This document shows positions 26,969 to 40,615 of a DNA stretch of 64,000 nucleotides, piece by piece. The DNA comes from Amoeboaphelidium protococcarum X5 (taxonomy: Eukaryota; Fungi; Aphelidiomycota): assembly GCA_023515725.1 (NCBI GenBank), contig JALDTO010000266.1, positions 171,345-235,344 on the forward strand, read 5' to 3'. The position numbers and the translations under genes were made by a program. Below the pieces are notes generated by a model. It searched no databases and was not told the origin of the DNA. It was given only the letters and a program-made list of their open reading frames with translations. Position 1 is the stretch's first letter. Each line of letters opens with the position of its first letter.

Positions 26969-29206
26969 ATGGTTCCTTTGACGAATTAGTTCCATGTCAA
27001 ATCTTTTAATGGCTGTGTTCTGATTTGCATTAGTGCTGTCGTTTCAATCCTCTTACTGGTAAATCACTCTTACACGTATTCGTCAACTGTATCAAGTCTG
27101 TCTTCAGGATCTTACAATTAAGCTAGGCTTTTGTATGAGACTTTGCCGCTTGAACGGCTGATTTCCCTTGTCATACCTCATGAAGTTTTAGATCGGAAGT
27201 CTAGTATTATTGATGCTGATGGTCATGGAGTATAAGTATGCATAGAGTAAAGACGTCAATTTATAGAATGTTATCCATTGTCGCAAATTGCTGCTCATCT
27301 GTCTTTATATACTGGACCTGTACGTTCCATATTGAAAGTGCCTTAGAATTTATTTGTTTTGATTAAATCTCCATCGCACCATAGATTATACGGTGGCGGC
27401 TCCTTTCCTCTTATAATACATGCAGAGTTGATCTAGCAGATATCTGTCCAAGATTCTTCTAGCTTATAAAGTGATTTGTAAAACTCCTCTGAAATTTAAT
27501 GTACACGATTGTGCTCATAGTCACACTGTTAATGCGTCTAATCATCAGGATGGCTGATGAATATGAAATTGGATTTTATACCATTACTATTGGATGATGG
27601 TGACATGATGGCGATAGTTATTGGAACGGATGGCAACGTTCACTCTGTACTTACCGATGGGAGTGTAGATATTACAACTCATTCTGTTTAAAGTCGATAA
27701 ATTCTTCTACTCTACTTTGATGACGTTCTACAGTATTTAAGTTATTCATCCCATGATCGGTATTCAGCTCTTTAGTAATAAATGATTTGGAATCTCAATG
27801 TTCATTAATTTCTAAAGGCCGATTATGATGTACAAGTGCTTGGCCAAGGATACACATTATTAGACAACGTTCAAGTAACTTTGGCCACTTAGCTCACTGT
27901 TAATAGATTAGAAAGATTGGTTCGTGTTATTGAATTATGGGGTGACTATCCAGTCTCAGCTGTGATATTTATCAATAGTAAGAGGGAACTCTTCCATACC
28001 ATGGCATATTTGAATCGCAAAGCTGAGCTCTTTAAATTCAGTGTTATTACTATTGTCAAATGTATTGCTTGTATGAATTCTTATCCAATTAATCTGCTTA
28101 GAAATATTGCCATCTCTCAGGCATAGACTGATTATAGTCTTACTATGGATGTGGATTTTATGCCTTCAACAGATTTATCTATTATAGCTAATAAAAAGAT
28201 TCTACCTCGTATGCTTGTCTCTAAATTATCTGCGGGCTAGAATATCGCCGTGGTATTACCAATCGTCGGTCTCTCGGCGTCTTATGATAAATCTAATACT
28301 TTGCCACTAAGTATGAAGTCTATCTAATACTTGCGTAGTCGTCATAAATGTGTAATATAAGAGTTTGAACACAGTGGACATTCTAACAGTCGTTTATCTG
28401 AAATCGTGGGCCCTCTATGGACAATATTCAGTAATCCGTGGCAGAGCTATCGATGTCAATAATTGTAAATGGATAACACCGTTCGTCTATCAGATAGAGA
28501 TAATGTAATAATAGAGTCTTTAAATCAGCCAGAATGTCATGATTGCTACGAAGAAGGTTATAACTAATTGGATAGTAGAGGATTTGTTTGGATCGTGGTA
28601 CCATTTGTGGGTGAAGATTCTCAGTTGTTCACTCCCACATGCTTTGAGAATTAGTGGGAGCCTTATATGATTATCCCCAAGTATGTTGATTTGTCTTTCG
28701 ATGATGACCAGGCAGATACGATGATGAATAAAGTGACTTTGTATTGGCAGGGGATGGTTGATCAGTTGGACGAGCATTGTCGACGACTAATCCATTTGCC
28801 TGCATTGCACAAGAGTCTCTTGTAAGATATCGACCCTTATAATATTCAGAAGAGTCGACGTATTCCTCTGCTTTATGATATGAGAATCACCAATCAAGGC
28901 GGGGACAAGCAATTATTCACATTGTATTTGAATGCGTTGCAATTTCACTTTTACGTCGCCAAGTCTGTGGTGATGGTGCATCTAGATCATTCCAATATTA
29001 ATAATGGAACTTCCTCATGGTGGTCTCGGTCCGACACAGCTTATTAAAAGGAAACTATACCTGCAAGTTCACGTAAATTGTCATATTTTGATGATCTGTT
29101 ACCCGAAATGCTAAATATCTTTGGCTATCAAGTTAGAATGCCCGTCAAGTGCTCAAATCTGAATCAAGCATCATCTCGCATGGTGGTACAAGGTGATGCT
29201 ATTTGA
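26969..29206 (+). CDS. Type II membrane glycosyltransferase, GT49 (LARGE/B4GAT1-like), ~745 aa
   Basis: N-terminal TM. VTLATQLTVNRLERL...WG.YPVSAVIF, YPINLLRNIA, MDVDFMPS, WEPYMI, YDMRITNQGGDK, VHLDH. Confidence 0.82.
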
Positions 29207-29267
29207 CTTCCTATTGCAAAATAAATAATAAACAATGTAAATTATTAATGAAATATTAAACACGTAT

Positions 29268-31196
29268 TCATAGAGCATCAAAATTGAGTAAATGCATCTC
29301 TCTCCGCCGTTCTTCCATGTCCATCTTCTACTCATTCTTCTTCAGTAGATAAACGGCAAGCAAAAGACCACTGGATACAGACAGAAGAACAATAGATATC
29401 CAGAATATATAATGCGAAGGACTAACAATTAACTGGATAATCCATACGGTACTTATTGCAGAAGCGTTCGCCTGTGATGGTGGATGTACAAGCACCTATG
29501 AGTTGGGAATCAGTCCAGAGAATTGGAATGAGTCTGCCTGTGATTACACTACATTACATTCAAACTATTCAATATAATTGTTCGTCCTACCAAGACCGTA
29601 TATTGGAGGCATTGGTGGAGACCGCAACTAATGCCGTCCAGTACCAGTAATTACGCGCCAGTGTCCATCAATATCGTAGACGGTGAACTTGAACGCAGAT
29701 CCCATGTAATACGAAGATTTCGACTACTAAAGCATTGGATAGAGTGACAGCGCGTTATCGTCTTACTCTTCGCCTCTATCATCATTAGATTTACAATCTT
29801 TAAAGCACACACCGTTAGTTATAAATACTTTGAGGAAGTAGGAATCAAATTCCATCCGATTACCAAACACATCCAGCTTTTCGCCATTCAATACCACAAA
29901 ATCGACCAACCCGTTACTTCCTATATCAATTGGTACTATTTAGCGTACATTTGTGACTTTTTGCTGCATACTCTATACTCCATCAGACATGACGGAAACT
30001 GTGCGACCGCCTTCAAGACACATCACACCATTATGATCACTGTTATTATCACACGGCCGATTCAACAATATCCTAAAACTTTACTACTTTTTAATTCGCA
30101 CTTGTATAACGATATCCATATAACCATCAAGATTAACATCAACGAATTGCAAGTCTCGCAAAGGCCCACTATCACCTATTAACTGAGCATCTTCTAATCC
30201 TTCAATCTTCTTCAAAGATAACCGCGAAGGCTTCTAAAAGTCAAATTTTACATTCTATTTATTACAAAGTCCGGCACCACCTCTAGTTGCAACGTCAATA
30301 GACTGCGAAGATTATAAAGATAGCGATGATGATTAAGATTGCTATATAGTAGCCAATATGACATCGATAAAACATTCATCACCACGACACCATGTATATA
30401 CAATATCATTCAATGAATCGCCATTCAGATCCATAAACTACAAAAGACTCCTTTACTTACTAGCACTGTTAGTAACTTCTTATAACAGCTGATAAGATTG
30501 AGATAATTTGTACTGCTATAGTTACTAATCCCATTCATACACCTAATATCCATCCTTACACTCCATGAAAAGTTCAGAGATACAATCGCCATTTAGATCA
30601 ATCACAGCTGAAGAATGTTTATCTGCAACATGCTCACACTTGGCACCACCACCGAGAGATATAATACGAGACTGCACCTAACCACCCCGATTTACTGTAT
30701 ACAGAGTCTAATCATACAGTAGACCAACCTGCTCCTTCTATCCAAACCAATTGACAGCCAGCGGAAATTTCTAATGAACAACAGCAATATCACTGGATAG
30801 ATTCAAAAATTCAGACCATCTATTACCATCAGTATTAACTTGATTAAGAGCAAATTTGACAGTATATTTAGATTAAGACTCTTGAGGATTAGAGAACGTA
30901 ATAATAACATCCAATCTACCATCATAATTCAAATCAATCAGTGCTGCATGAACAATCTTTAACTACCTGTCCTGATTCTACCACGATGATAAAGTAACAT
31001 TTCTGATAGAATATTCTTGAGAGAGATCAAATCTAGCTAGATTAACATTATAAATCAATGCAATAAGAGCATTCTACTTGGTCAATACCAAAATGTCAGC
31101 ATAAGAGTCTCCATTAATATCTCCCACATCACACACTTATTCAATCTCTAAATCACTCACGCTCTACGGGATAATATTAATCTACTTGAAAGACAT
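29268..31196 (-). CDS. ITFG1: LINKIN/ITFG1 (FG-GAP repeat membrane protein); 5' end uncertain
   Basis: FG-GAP-like GDINGDSYAD and DLNYDGRLD, GLGRTNN and QLIVSP segments, TM helix and the typical tail EQKMDMEERRREMHLLNFDAL-TGA. No signal peptide after ATG 31196, so an upstream exon is possible. Confidence 0.8.
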
Positions 31197-31417
31197 TATT
31201 ATCCTTATATTAGTAAGTGTTGATGACAATTAGATGGAATAAATACACTTTGCTTTTAAACACCAAATTATAGACAATCTTTTGAGGAGAATAAAATCCA
31301 AAATATATTTCGCGCGACCTGTTCATGAAGTTTATAGGCACAATTGTCATACAGGCGATAGTAATAAAAGTGTCAAGCAAGAGTACTTAATAAATTTCAT
31401 CTGTAAATTGAGTGTAT

Positions 31418-32857
31418 TCATTTCTTGTTGTAATGCTACTAATCTTGTGAGGACGAGCTTCGCGGCTATGATGGCCTCATTATAAAGTACACAAAGTTGA
31501 TCAATCCTCTCAACGCAAACAGACCAAATGCCACACATCTCATACTGACATACAACTGCTGATTAGAAGCGAACCATCCCAAGTATGTCTATCCATACAG
31601 TAGAGTGCATGGAATGAGATATGACGCGCCAAATGTAAAGATGTAAATTGCCAGTCGCTTATAGAATCGAGCAATTAATCCACATGGTTACTATTATTAT
31701 TGTGAAGAAGTTCCAGCGGAGGTGGCACTTTGATTGGAATTCATCGATAAATTGGAAATAGATGACCATACAGACATTGTGTGCAGTGGTGGCCTCAAGA
31801 ACTCATACCATGACCCTCTGTGACTGCCAATCTTTTATCTACCATCATCATAGTTGACACTTAGATGCGAGTCATTTCTCATGTAGGTGGACGGATGACG
31901 GCTATTAGTATAACTATTAAAGGTGCCACCATGCTCTCGCTCTATTCCCTGTTACAGTTCTAAATCATCAGAAATTCGCTATTATTACGATGCAGTACCA
32001 TTAAGATACGCGGATCCACCGCCAGCTTGTGATAATGATCCACGTCTGACGGGTGGCGGCCGGTATTGATGAGGCACAGCAGTGGCGGCTTTAATCGATC
32101 TAGCGCGTTCATAAACTTTAACTCCGCACACAATGTAAAGTATGAGAGTGGCAACGTATATCAGCAGGATAGGAGCATAGAATACACCCACCTGGATCCA
32201 TTGTAAATCATTTCTAATCCAGCATATTGGATCCACATAACCATAAACGAATCCGCCACCTTCAATACCATCACCGCTACTTCCATCCACATTTATAAAC
32301 AATAAAATAAACGCCATCAGAAAGCTAACACCAAAGGATAGAAAGTAATAAAACTTTTCATACTTTGTTGTGGACACTTGTGATTTCTGAGCGTACAAGA
32401 TGATCATCAGCGAGATGGCCTGAGATGACGCCCACATTGCAGACGCGATCGAACCAAACTGGAATAGCAGCGCCTGTAAAAGACACAGCGACATTCTGTA
32501 CTTTTCCAGGAGAAATGGCATGAATGACAGAAATATAAACGCCAGAGCCAGCACAAGATCAGCGATGGCCATGAACGATATTAGACGGTTCGCGTCCAGC
32601 CTGTAGAAGGATTTCTTGAACAGAAAATTGCCCAATACCACCAGAGTGCATATAAGCGACAGTCCACCGCATGAAATCAGAATGTACCGGACGATCACTG
32701 TGCTCCATAAATACAAATCTCCATCCACTTCTGTATTTGACGCGTCCACAGCTGGTCCACTGTAATTCCTATTAAAGATCATTGACTGGTTCAAGTATGG
32801 ATACTCTGTCGACAGCAGACTGTCATTCCGGAGACTAATTCCAAAAAATGACGCCAT
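31418..32857 (-). CDS. cAMP-receptor-like/Git3-like 7TM GPCR, ~479 aa
   Basis: Seven hydrophobic segments. NRLISFMAIADL, CLLQALLFQF..AS.MW, KYEKFY, CWI, FYAP, a long third loop and RGLINFVYF. Confidence 0.85.
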
Positions 32858-33216
32858 GTATCACTCGTATTATAAAATATACAATTGATGCTAATAGCGA
32901 TCCTTGTCTATTAAACAAATTATATGCCAACACTTTTAAAAGTGAGAATTTAGTTGAATTTGGGCGTCGCTGTTGGGGTGAAAGCAATTTCCTGATTTGG
33001 TTAAAGCGCGTGGCTGTGGCGTGCGTGATCAGGAGAACCACCTACTTCTAATGATTATGATAGCATCAGAATGCTGATTTAGATGGTGCTCATGTCTAAA
33101 TAGAGTCTGAAGTAATATTATTTTAATTGTAAAGAGAGCGTAATTGGCCATAGATGTATAAATTGTACATTGTTCATTTTCACTCACACTAACAACCACA
33201 TGATCACTAAAAGTAT

Positions 33217-34839
33217 TCATTCTTCCATTCTGTTGAATAAAGCATTGGAATTGGAAGGCAGAGAGTGAGATTCAGACTAACCATTATCATATGGCTTTGA
33301 ATCACTAACATCTTACTAACTAGATGCAGATGTCTGAGTTCTTCCTGGAAACAGATACTCAGCGGTACGCACAGACTGCTAAAACACGTCCATGGTGGAG
33401 CGAAGCATATGATTAGTCTCATTGGCTAGAGTCAAGACTTTTGTGGCTTCAACTTCAGCAGGATTTCCACTACATTGAACTGGTGAATAGCCCTACTAAG
33501 GCGCACCATTGAATTGAGCCTATACGAAAAGTGACTATTGCTACAAGGACTCTGGATGTGGATGAGCAGTGCCCATAATGGCATTCCATCTAGTGGGTAG
33601 AGATAGAATAAATCCACGCACCGTGTTTCTAGCCTCTAGAGACAGAACACTACCCGCATACTTACCAAGTACATCGACCACCTTCCTCAAAGTCTCCACA
33701 ACTTCACGCTTGACACGAGCTGCGGATTGAGCCAGTTGGGCAATAGCATTAGCCAGATGAGTGTTCATTTTGCTCACATCGCCATTCGCGTTCTACTGCA
33801 ACTCAACCATAGCCTACTTCAATGATTGTATCTACGAATCGATATGTGTGGTGGCATATTAGAGCCAGTCAATACAAAATCTCAGAGTTTTTACACTTTC
33901 TTCACCCAAAATATGATTCCATTTCTGTACAACACTTGCGCTGGTGGATGAAGAAGAGGACGGAGTGCCAGCAAAGTGATGATCACGATGCATTTACTGC
34001 ATCTACTACTACTACTACTGCTGATGTACAAGCGACTGATCCTATACAAATATCGATGGCGATGAGGTGAAGCTGACAGGATGCAACTTTCTCAGTGTGC
34101 CACCAATTGCCTCTCTTCCGGTGGTGTACATCTCAGCTGGTTCCTCCAGTATGATCGGATAAGATTTCTCCAACCTGTCCAGCTGACGACACGCAAAAGA
34201 ATCCAGCTGATTGATCTGAGGCTCTAGACGCGATAGCACAGGAATGGTGGTATCAATAAGAGTCTTGACTCCACTTTCCACCGTATTGGCAGAGTACCGT
34301 AGCACATTGGATGAATTCTTACTACTCTCATACACTTCTTACACTGTTCTCAGCGTGCTGTTCACCACAGGCAATTACGTGACTCTTTAAATGAAACCAC
34401 CACCACCAGCAACATTATTCGGTACATGACTGTGCACCGGAATGGCGGGGTATGGTGCACCAGCAATCTCGCTTGTAGGAGATGTGCAAGAGGAAGAGTC
34501 TCTCATACCAGAGAGCACCATGGCAATTTCCTCCTCCCTACTGCGTCCAATCTGACGCTGTACCTATAATTCGTACCGCTCATGACTAGCACTTCCATTA
34601 GCTAAAGGCTGAGATGAAGCGAACAGAGTACCATTGCTACTACTATTACTACTACTACCAACCGGTGTACACTGTCCACCATCCAAATCCATATAACTAG
34701 CCTAATTATTATGACCATTATCCATATGGCAATCACCATTCAAACTAATACCAGAATCCCCATTCTACTCGCAAAGCTATTAAATGGAATATTTAGCACA
34801 CTATCCATTGTTGACGTCTTCCCCTTCTCCACTAGTCAT
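33217..34839 (-). CDS. OPI1: Opi1-family transcriptional repressor, ~540 aa
   Basis: LPVVNSTL...YESSKNSS.VLRYSA.TVES, LDSFACRQLDRLE, WLQYATTHI, KREVVETLRKVVDVLGKYAG..L...ARN.VR.FILSLPTRW, KVLTLANE. Confidence 0.85.
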
Positions 34840-35272
34840 TTTCGTATTCTTTTTTACAATGATGTACTCAATATTCAAAATAAAAAAAGAAGTTAAACTA
34901 CTCAAACGATCCAGACAATAGAATGAGAGAAATATATATATTATATATTTACAAGCTACCACTACAGACAATAAATCTAAACGGCAGATGAATTCTAAAC
35001 AAGAACACGAAAGGAGGAGCGCGTTGAAAATATTTTTCTTCTCTTTCTATTTCTCTTTCTCTCTCTCTCTCAATCAACGGGATCGCGTTGCTGTGGCGCA
35101 TGACAATTGGTCGTCTCGTCGTCGTCGGCTCTCCTTCTTAATTTATTGGCGCTTGCTTGATCGTGTGAAAGTCCCCTCTTTTCGTCTGATTCAACCAACG
35201 TCGGTCAGGTGTGAGTCGTGTACCATACTGTAGTCATTCAGTTCTTTTTAATGGGAGACAGATACTGGTGGT

Positions 35273-35356
35273 GGAGTAACGTTTCTAATGATCAGATGTT
35301 GGAGTAACGTTTCTAATGATCAGATGTTGGAGTAACGTTTCTAATGATCAGATGGT
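35273..35356. repeat. 28-bp tandem repeat x3
   Basis: ggagtaacgtttctaatgatcagatgtt at 35273, 35301 and 35329. Confidence 0.95.
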
Positions 35357-35478
35357 GGTTCAATTATGATTTTCTGGTCGTAAGCGAGTAGAGTATGAAG
35401 GTACTACTGTAATAGAGAGACTTTATGGAACGCGCGTCGTCGTTTGGTAATCTGGTTATATAGCGGGCTTCCTAATTC

Positions 35479-35534
35479 TCTATTCTAATCTGGGATAATT
35501 AAGTCATCTATTCTAATCTGGGATAATTAAGTCA
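35479..35534. repeat. Second 28-bp tandem repeat x2
   Basis: tctattctaatctgggataattaagtca at 35479 and 35507. Confidence 0.95.
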
Positions 35535-35699
35535 ATATGGTGACAGATTTAACCTCGGATGTTGAAAGTAATGAGGTGGCTTTATGAAATTATTATTTGC
35601 CTCTAAAGTTTTTTATATTAGATGATTGATTATACTGGGCGATATTAATGTGCTGTTATTTTTTAGACCTTTGAACTTCTTGACTTGATTCTGTAATTA

Positions 35700-36500
35700 A
35701 ATCTTGGAGAACTTTTGGCGTACTTATGAAGGCTTAAACTGACCACCTACAGCACATAATCGACCTTGAGATTATTGTAAATGCTCTGGTTAAAGTTGCT
35801 CTAAATTAAGGCGCGTCTAATTTGTTTAGGATAAAGATGGAAATTCATGACCTTTCTGGAAGATGGAGACATATATGATCAAGTCTTTCCTAATGCTTGA
35901 ACTTAAATTCTGCAAGGGTTGTCGAATCTTGGTGACTTCAAGTAATTCCAAGCTAGATAAAGACAGAGGAATAATTAGCCATGAATCCCTGTGGGTTCTC
36001 GTAAGATTGTATGATATATAGAGGCCAACCTAACTAGATATACTGTATGGGCACCCGACGATCTATCGGACTAAAGGGTCCAGAAGGAATGCACCAAGCA
36101 ATTCAAGCTGAAGGGCCAGTGCAAGTGGGATGTAGTACTGGCAGACTACAACCACAGCATTGCTGGAAACAAACGGACCTACGCCAAGCACCACATGTAA
36201 TTGATTTGCGGTCATAAGATTAAAGCTGGAGTGAGCTTCAAGGTGATGTATGGCAATAAGTCCGCTTAGTGCTTCATCACCATTGATGACTACCCCTCTC
36301 AAGTTCGTGCTAGGGGGTACTACTATGCACCGTGAAATCCAAAGCATTTTTGGTAAGAACATTACCCAGTTCTTCAATGTTGCAATGCTGCCTCCATCGT
36401 GTTTCCTAGTTGGCTTCCTCGTCTGGTGGAGTCCATCATCCGACCTTCTCATTTGGTGCTGGTACGCGTCGTGCTCCTTATTAGGAGTCTGACAGAAGAG
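35700..36500 (-). pseudogene. Highly decayed PIF1/Helitron helicase relic
   Basis: Degenerate motifs in the expected order: ALSGLIAI..LEAHSSFNL (cf. SGIAA..TAHS.F), LHVVLGVGPFVSSNAVVVVCQYYIPL (cf. PFGGK.VV.GDF.QILP), LTRTHR (cf. LT.NMR), AFTI/SQG..VG. Confidence 0.4.
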
Positions 36501-37039
36501 GACGAAACTCTTCTGTTCATCGCTCTTCGTCTACTGTAGGGCCTCTTTCTACAGAATCTGCAAATCTGGCCACAGTTGTAAGAACAGTCATAACCTTTTA
36601 ATCTGAAAATGAAATGATATGCAGAGAGATGCTGACGTAAGGTTTCAATATTATGCGAGATTAATAAATAATGGGTCCCGTGATGTAATTGCTCTCATGG
36701 CTGCATACGGACTGATGTTTTAATGTTAAATGCCTCTATTTAGTTTAAATATCTACCCACATAATGTTTTCATATGGCCCTCGTAGTGATATATTAACGT
36801 ACGGGATCGCTGGATGATCAGCCTGTGTGTTTTTGGACGCGTTCCATGCAAATGACTTGAAGATCAAGACCTCCCCATCTCTCTTTATCTGATAAAGCTC
36901 TACGTTGCTATGAATCTATCATGGAAAAGCTATCAGAGAACGCCGGTATCCCTTCATCTTATCCTAATTTCATTAGCAGTTCAGGGAGTGGAAGTGCCTG
37001 CAAGCTAAAGGGACATCCATGAACAAGGTATTGCGCGTG

Positions 37040-37330
37040 TTTGAAATAATGTGCTCTGGTTGACAGTGGAGCATCGCATAACTTCATGTCATTAAAAATG
37101 GCGAAGAGACTAGATATAGGAATAGGTATTGATAAGGCAAATGGAGAGGTCACGTTAGGTGATGGGCATGCAACCAGATGTCATGGAACCGCACGTGGAG
37201 TCAAATTGCAGGTGTCTGGTCTAGTTGATTATATTGATATTATTGTCCTGGGTGAGTGCAGCGAGGAGCAGATCTTAGTAATGAGTTGGCTGTACAGACG
37301 CAACCAAGCTATTGACTGTGCGTAAAGAAG
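37040..37330 (+). mobile_element. Ty3/gypsy retropepsin (aspartic protease) fragment
   Basis: ALVDSGASHNFMS...VTLGDG...QILVMSWL..RNQAID. Confidence 0.85.
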
Positions 37331-37549
37331 AATGTGATGCGGCAATGGAGAAGGAATTTTACAAGAATATTTAGAATTTGCCATCATTGTCTCACTTGTT
37401 TCTCATAGAATTAGGTAGAAAGCTACGATTGATATAAATGGAATGCGGCCTTCAAGGAGCTAGAGTGATCGAGCATAATCGAATTGAACTGGCAGTAAGT
37501 TGAGAGATTTTCATTCAAGATATCACGAGAAGTTTATTGATTTATCTTA

Positions 37550-37745
37550 ACGTGCCTAAAGCGAAGAGAATCAAGGGCGATCCCGTGGTCTTAAGCTGAA
37601 GTTAGTTGGATTTTTAAGTAAAGGTTATAAATTCATTGATCCTTAAACTGATAAGATTTACAAAGAGCGCAACGCAGTGTTTCATGAAGTTTTAGAAAAG
37701 CCTAACATTCCTTACGGAGAAGCGTTGATGGGTATGCTCTTTGCT
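37550..37745 (+). mobile_element. Ty1/copia fragment (post-integrase SH3-like region)
   Basis: LVGFLSKGYKFIDPQTDKIYKERNAVFHE followed by IPYGEALMG. Confidence 0.65.
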
Positions 37746-38199
37746 TTAGGCACGTTAATTGCATCACTAAATATTAAACTCTCAGATAAGATAGATCTGG
37801 CTTTCGAAAGATGAGGACCATGAGGTGCATCTAGCGCTGTTTGTTCCCCCGAAAACTCCCTTCTAAGTTGCCGGTAAATTTGCTACAGACTACAATAGTT
37901 GGAGTTGTTTTAGGGCTTAGATTGAAATTATGCTGCAAGATCAGTCCGCTTTGCTTGTCTATCCGCATACAGATGTCTTTTTAATGCAACTGCAAGATCC
38001 AATCATGAAACTTCTGTCTAGTTGGATAGTAAGAATTTGAAGTTAAAGATCTACATGAAGGATATAGTGTATTTTGGATCATCAAGTCATGATTATTATA
38101 GAAGATTTAACCAGATTTTGGTGGGAAGGATTTCCGTTTTAAATGCACATAAAAGAATGGCTAAGACTTTAGTTCACTAATCCGTTATGCTTTTGCCTG

Positions 38200-39300
38200 T
38201 GAAGCTAGGTCCATTGGTTATAGCAGGTCTTATCCTGGCAGCAAAATAGAATTGAAAGAGGATGTGTGTGGTTTCGTGTCTACCAGACCTATTCGGTAAT
38301 CACCAATGTAGACCAAGGCAATGGAGTATAAGATGAAGTAAATGATTGAGTACGGAGTTATTACCGAGTGCGACCACTCTGATTTCATCTCAAACATGTT
38401 TATGGTCAAGAAGGGTAATCCGAAGCATCCGCTCTTTAGATGACCTGTTGTGATTACTAGTAGCTGAATGATTAATGTCTCACTGATCATTTCCCAATAC
38501 CTCGTTTGCATGGCATGTTTTTGGAGAATGTTAAAAGAAGCTATTTCTCAATTGTTGACTTGATAGATTCATCCTTCAATTTTCTGATCAAAGATAAGGT
38601 GCATTAAAGCAGAACTACTTATGGCGTTGTTTCCTTCCCTTTACTGGTATTGATTGTACGAGCAAATCGATACACTAATGGGATTTCTAAAGGCCTCTGT
38701 AGAATAAAGAATCATTTAAAAGAGATATGTGTGTACTCCTCACTTGCAACTCAAATGTCGATGAGTTTATCAGTTCAATTCATCTGAAATGAGCGAGAGC
38801 ATAGGAGAATTTAGAAGTTTGTATAGAGCGTTAGTAAGAGAACTTGCACTAATATCAAGGATTCAACGTCTAACATGTACAGTATCTCCACTTATTTAGA
38901 ATGACAGCATTGAATTATTCTGCCGCTAGGTGTTACATAAGATGCTCGATGAGATTTGTACAATATTTTAGTATAATGGTTTACGAGATTAAATTGCAGA
39001 TCTTGCGCATATTTTGTGTCTCTGCATGGTGTAGTGCGCATCGCCTTAATTTACTGGCCGTCAGTATCATTAGGAGCATCAAATACTGTCTCGAACTTTT
39101 GGCATCATAGAAGTTGGTATAGATTATTAGTCAACAGGATAATGTTGCTATAGCACCTTATCCAGTTTTTGTCAAGAAGGGCACGGTAACCTTTGAAGTG
39201 GCCACTTATACCAAAAATGTCTTGCTTACCGGAAAAATTGCTCGGATGGTTGAATATGAGCTGGTTCTGGGGTAGCCAAAGCCTTTGGATATAGCGATAC
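38200..39300 (+). mobile_element. Decayed Ty3/gypsy reverse transcriptase
   Basis: PIRQSP..MIEYGVITE..S.F.SNMFMVKK, then PVVDYQQLN..DHFPIPRL..YFSIVDL across frameshifts, and KLLGWLN-like/LGMVEY remnants. Confidence 0.7.
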
Positions 39301-39459
39301 TTTGGCCGCTTAATGAATTTGACGCTGTAGCTTGGGATATTAATCCTATTTGCCTCCAATCAGTGATTATATTAATGTTTGGACTGTGGAATTACAAGTT
39401 GTGTTGCCTGAGGAGATGATTCCAGGAAAATCGTTCGTTACAGTTTTGTCGAATCAGAT

Positions 39460-39600
39460 GGTGGATTAGTTGAATGGATTGAGAAGTTATTTCTGCAACA
39501 TTATGAGGATCCTCTCACCTTATCGCAGTATCAGTTGAAATTCTTGAACATTAAGAATAGATCTAGTGAGAGAATTAGTAACCTTAATATGATAATGTAT
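39460..39600 (+). mobile_element. Retrotransposon gag capsid-like fragment
   Basis: EWIEKLFLQHYEDPLTLSQYQLKFLNIKNRSSERISNL resembles the gag major-homology region. Confidence 0.4.
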
Positions 39601-40615
39601 CTCATCTATCACGTACTCAACTTCTGACATGGGCATGGTGCTTAACGATTTCTCTCCAACAATTATGGTTGTCTGCAAGTATGTCAATCTGTAAAAAAGT
39701 ATAAGACGTTCTAAGCGACCACCAGAGCAACTTTTGAATGAAAATGCTGTTTGAATAGATGATTTGTGTTACATAAAATTGCAGTCCTCTCTATCTCAAG
39801 AAATCCGCCGTGACGCGTCTGGTATTGTGCAGCAGATGGTTGCTCTGACCCCACAGAAAGAAATCATCGGATTGGCTTGAACATCTTTGTGATAAACAGC
39901 GAATTGTTTAGGTGTCGCTGCTATGACAACACTCTGTTACTTTGTTGTACTTGTTGTGTGTTTATATAAGACCTCGTTGCCACTGATCGGCATCTCAGCC
40001 GTCTGTTACAGAACTAAGCGATTGGCCTATGTTTCTTCTCTTCTGCGCTTCAAATTGACTTCGCTGTGGTGGTGGAGGATGATCATATGAAGTGAGCATC
40101 CTCAGCGATAACCAAACTGATGGGCAAGTACTGCACCACAAGAACTGGACTTCTTCTCCTACTATCTAGCCTGCTGAATCTCTGTACCATACCAGAAGAG
40201 GGAACCAAAACAGCGTTGCTAGCATGTCAGAAATCCTAATTCCAGGTCTCTTACTGTCTCGAGAGTTGAACGGAAGAGCCGAGAGTTGAAGAGTAAAAAA
40301 CCGGTGGCTTCGAACAGGAAAGTAGCTACTAATACGGCTGGGCGGGCTGGAAATGCATTTGCAAATCTCCATGGGCAGAATGTACTACTCAAATATATGG
40401 AGTATTTGTGAAGGTTGGTGTTCCAGAGCTTCGGTTGTCGGTTCAGGGGTCACTGATCCGAGTGGCTTAGGTTGAAGTTTGAAAAATATTTTCATCTCAA
40501 TTGAGAATAAAGTCAGTATTATCGAAAGATATAATTTACCTTTTTGGTTTCATCTTAACAGTATTTACAGTTAACTGCTGATGATCTGGAGATTAAGAGC
40601 TTTGACATTCTACCG

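Noticed and set aside
35273-35356. CRISPR-like array
   Set aside because: Head-to-tail repeats without spacers, in a eukaryotic context with no cas genes.
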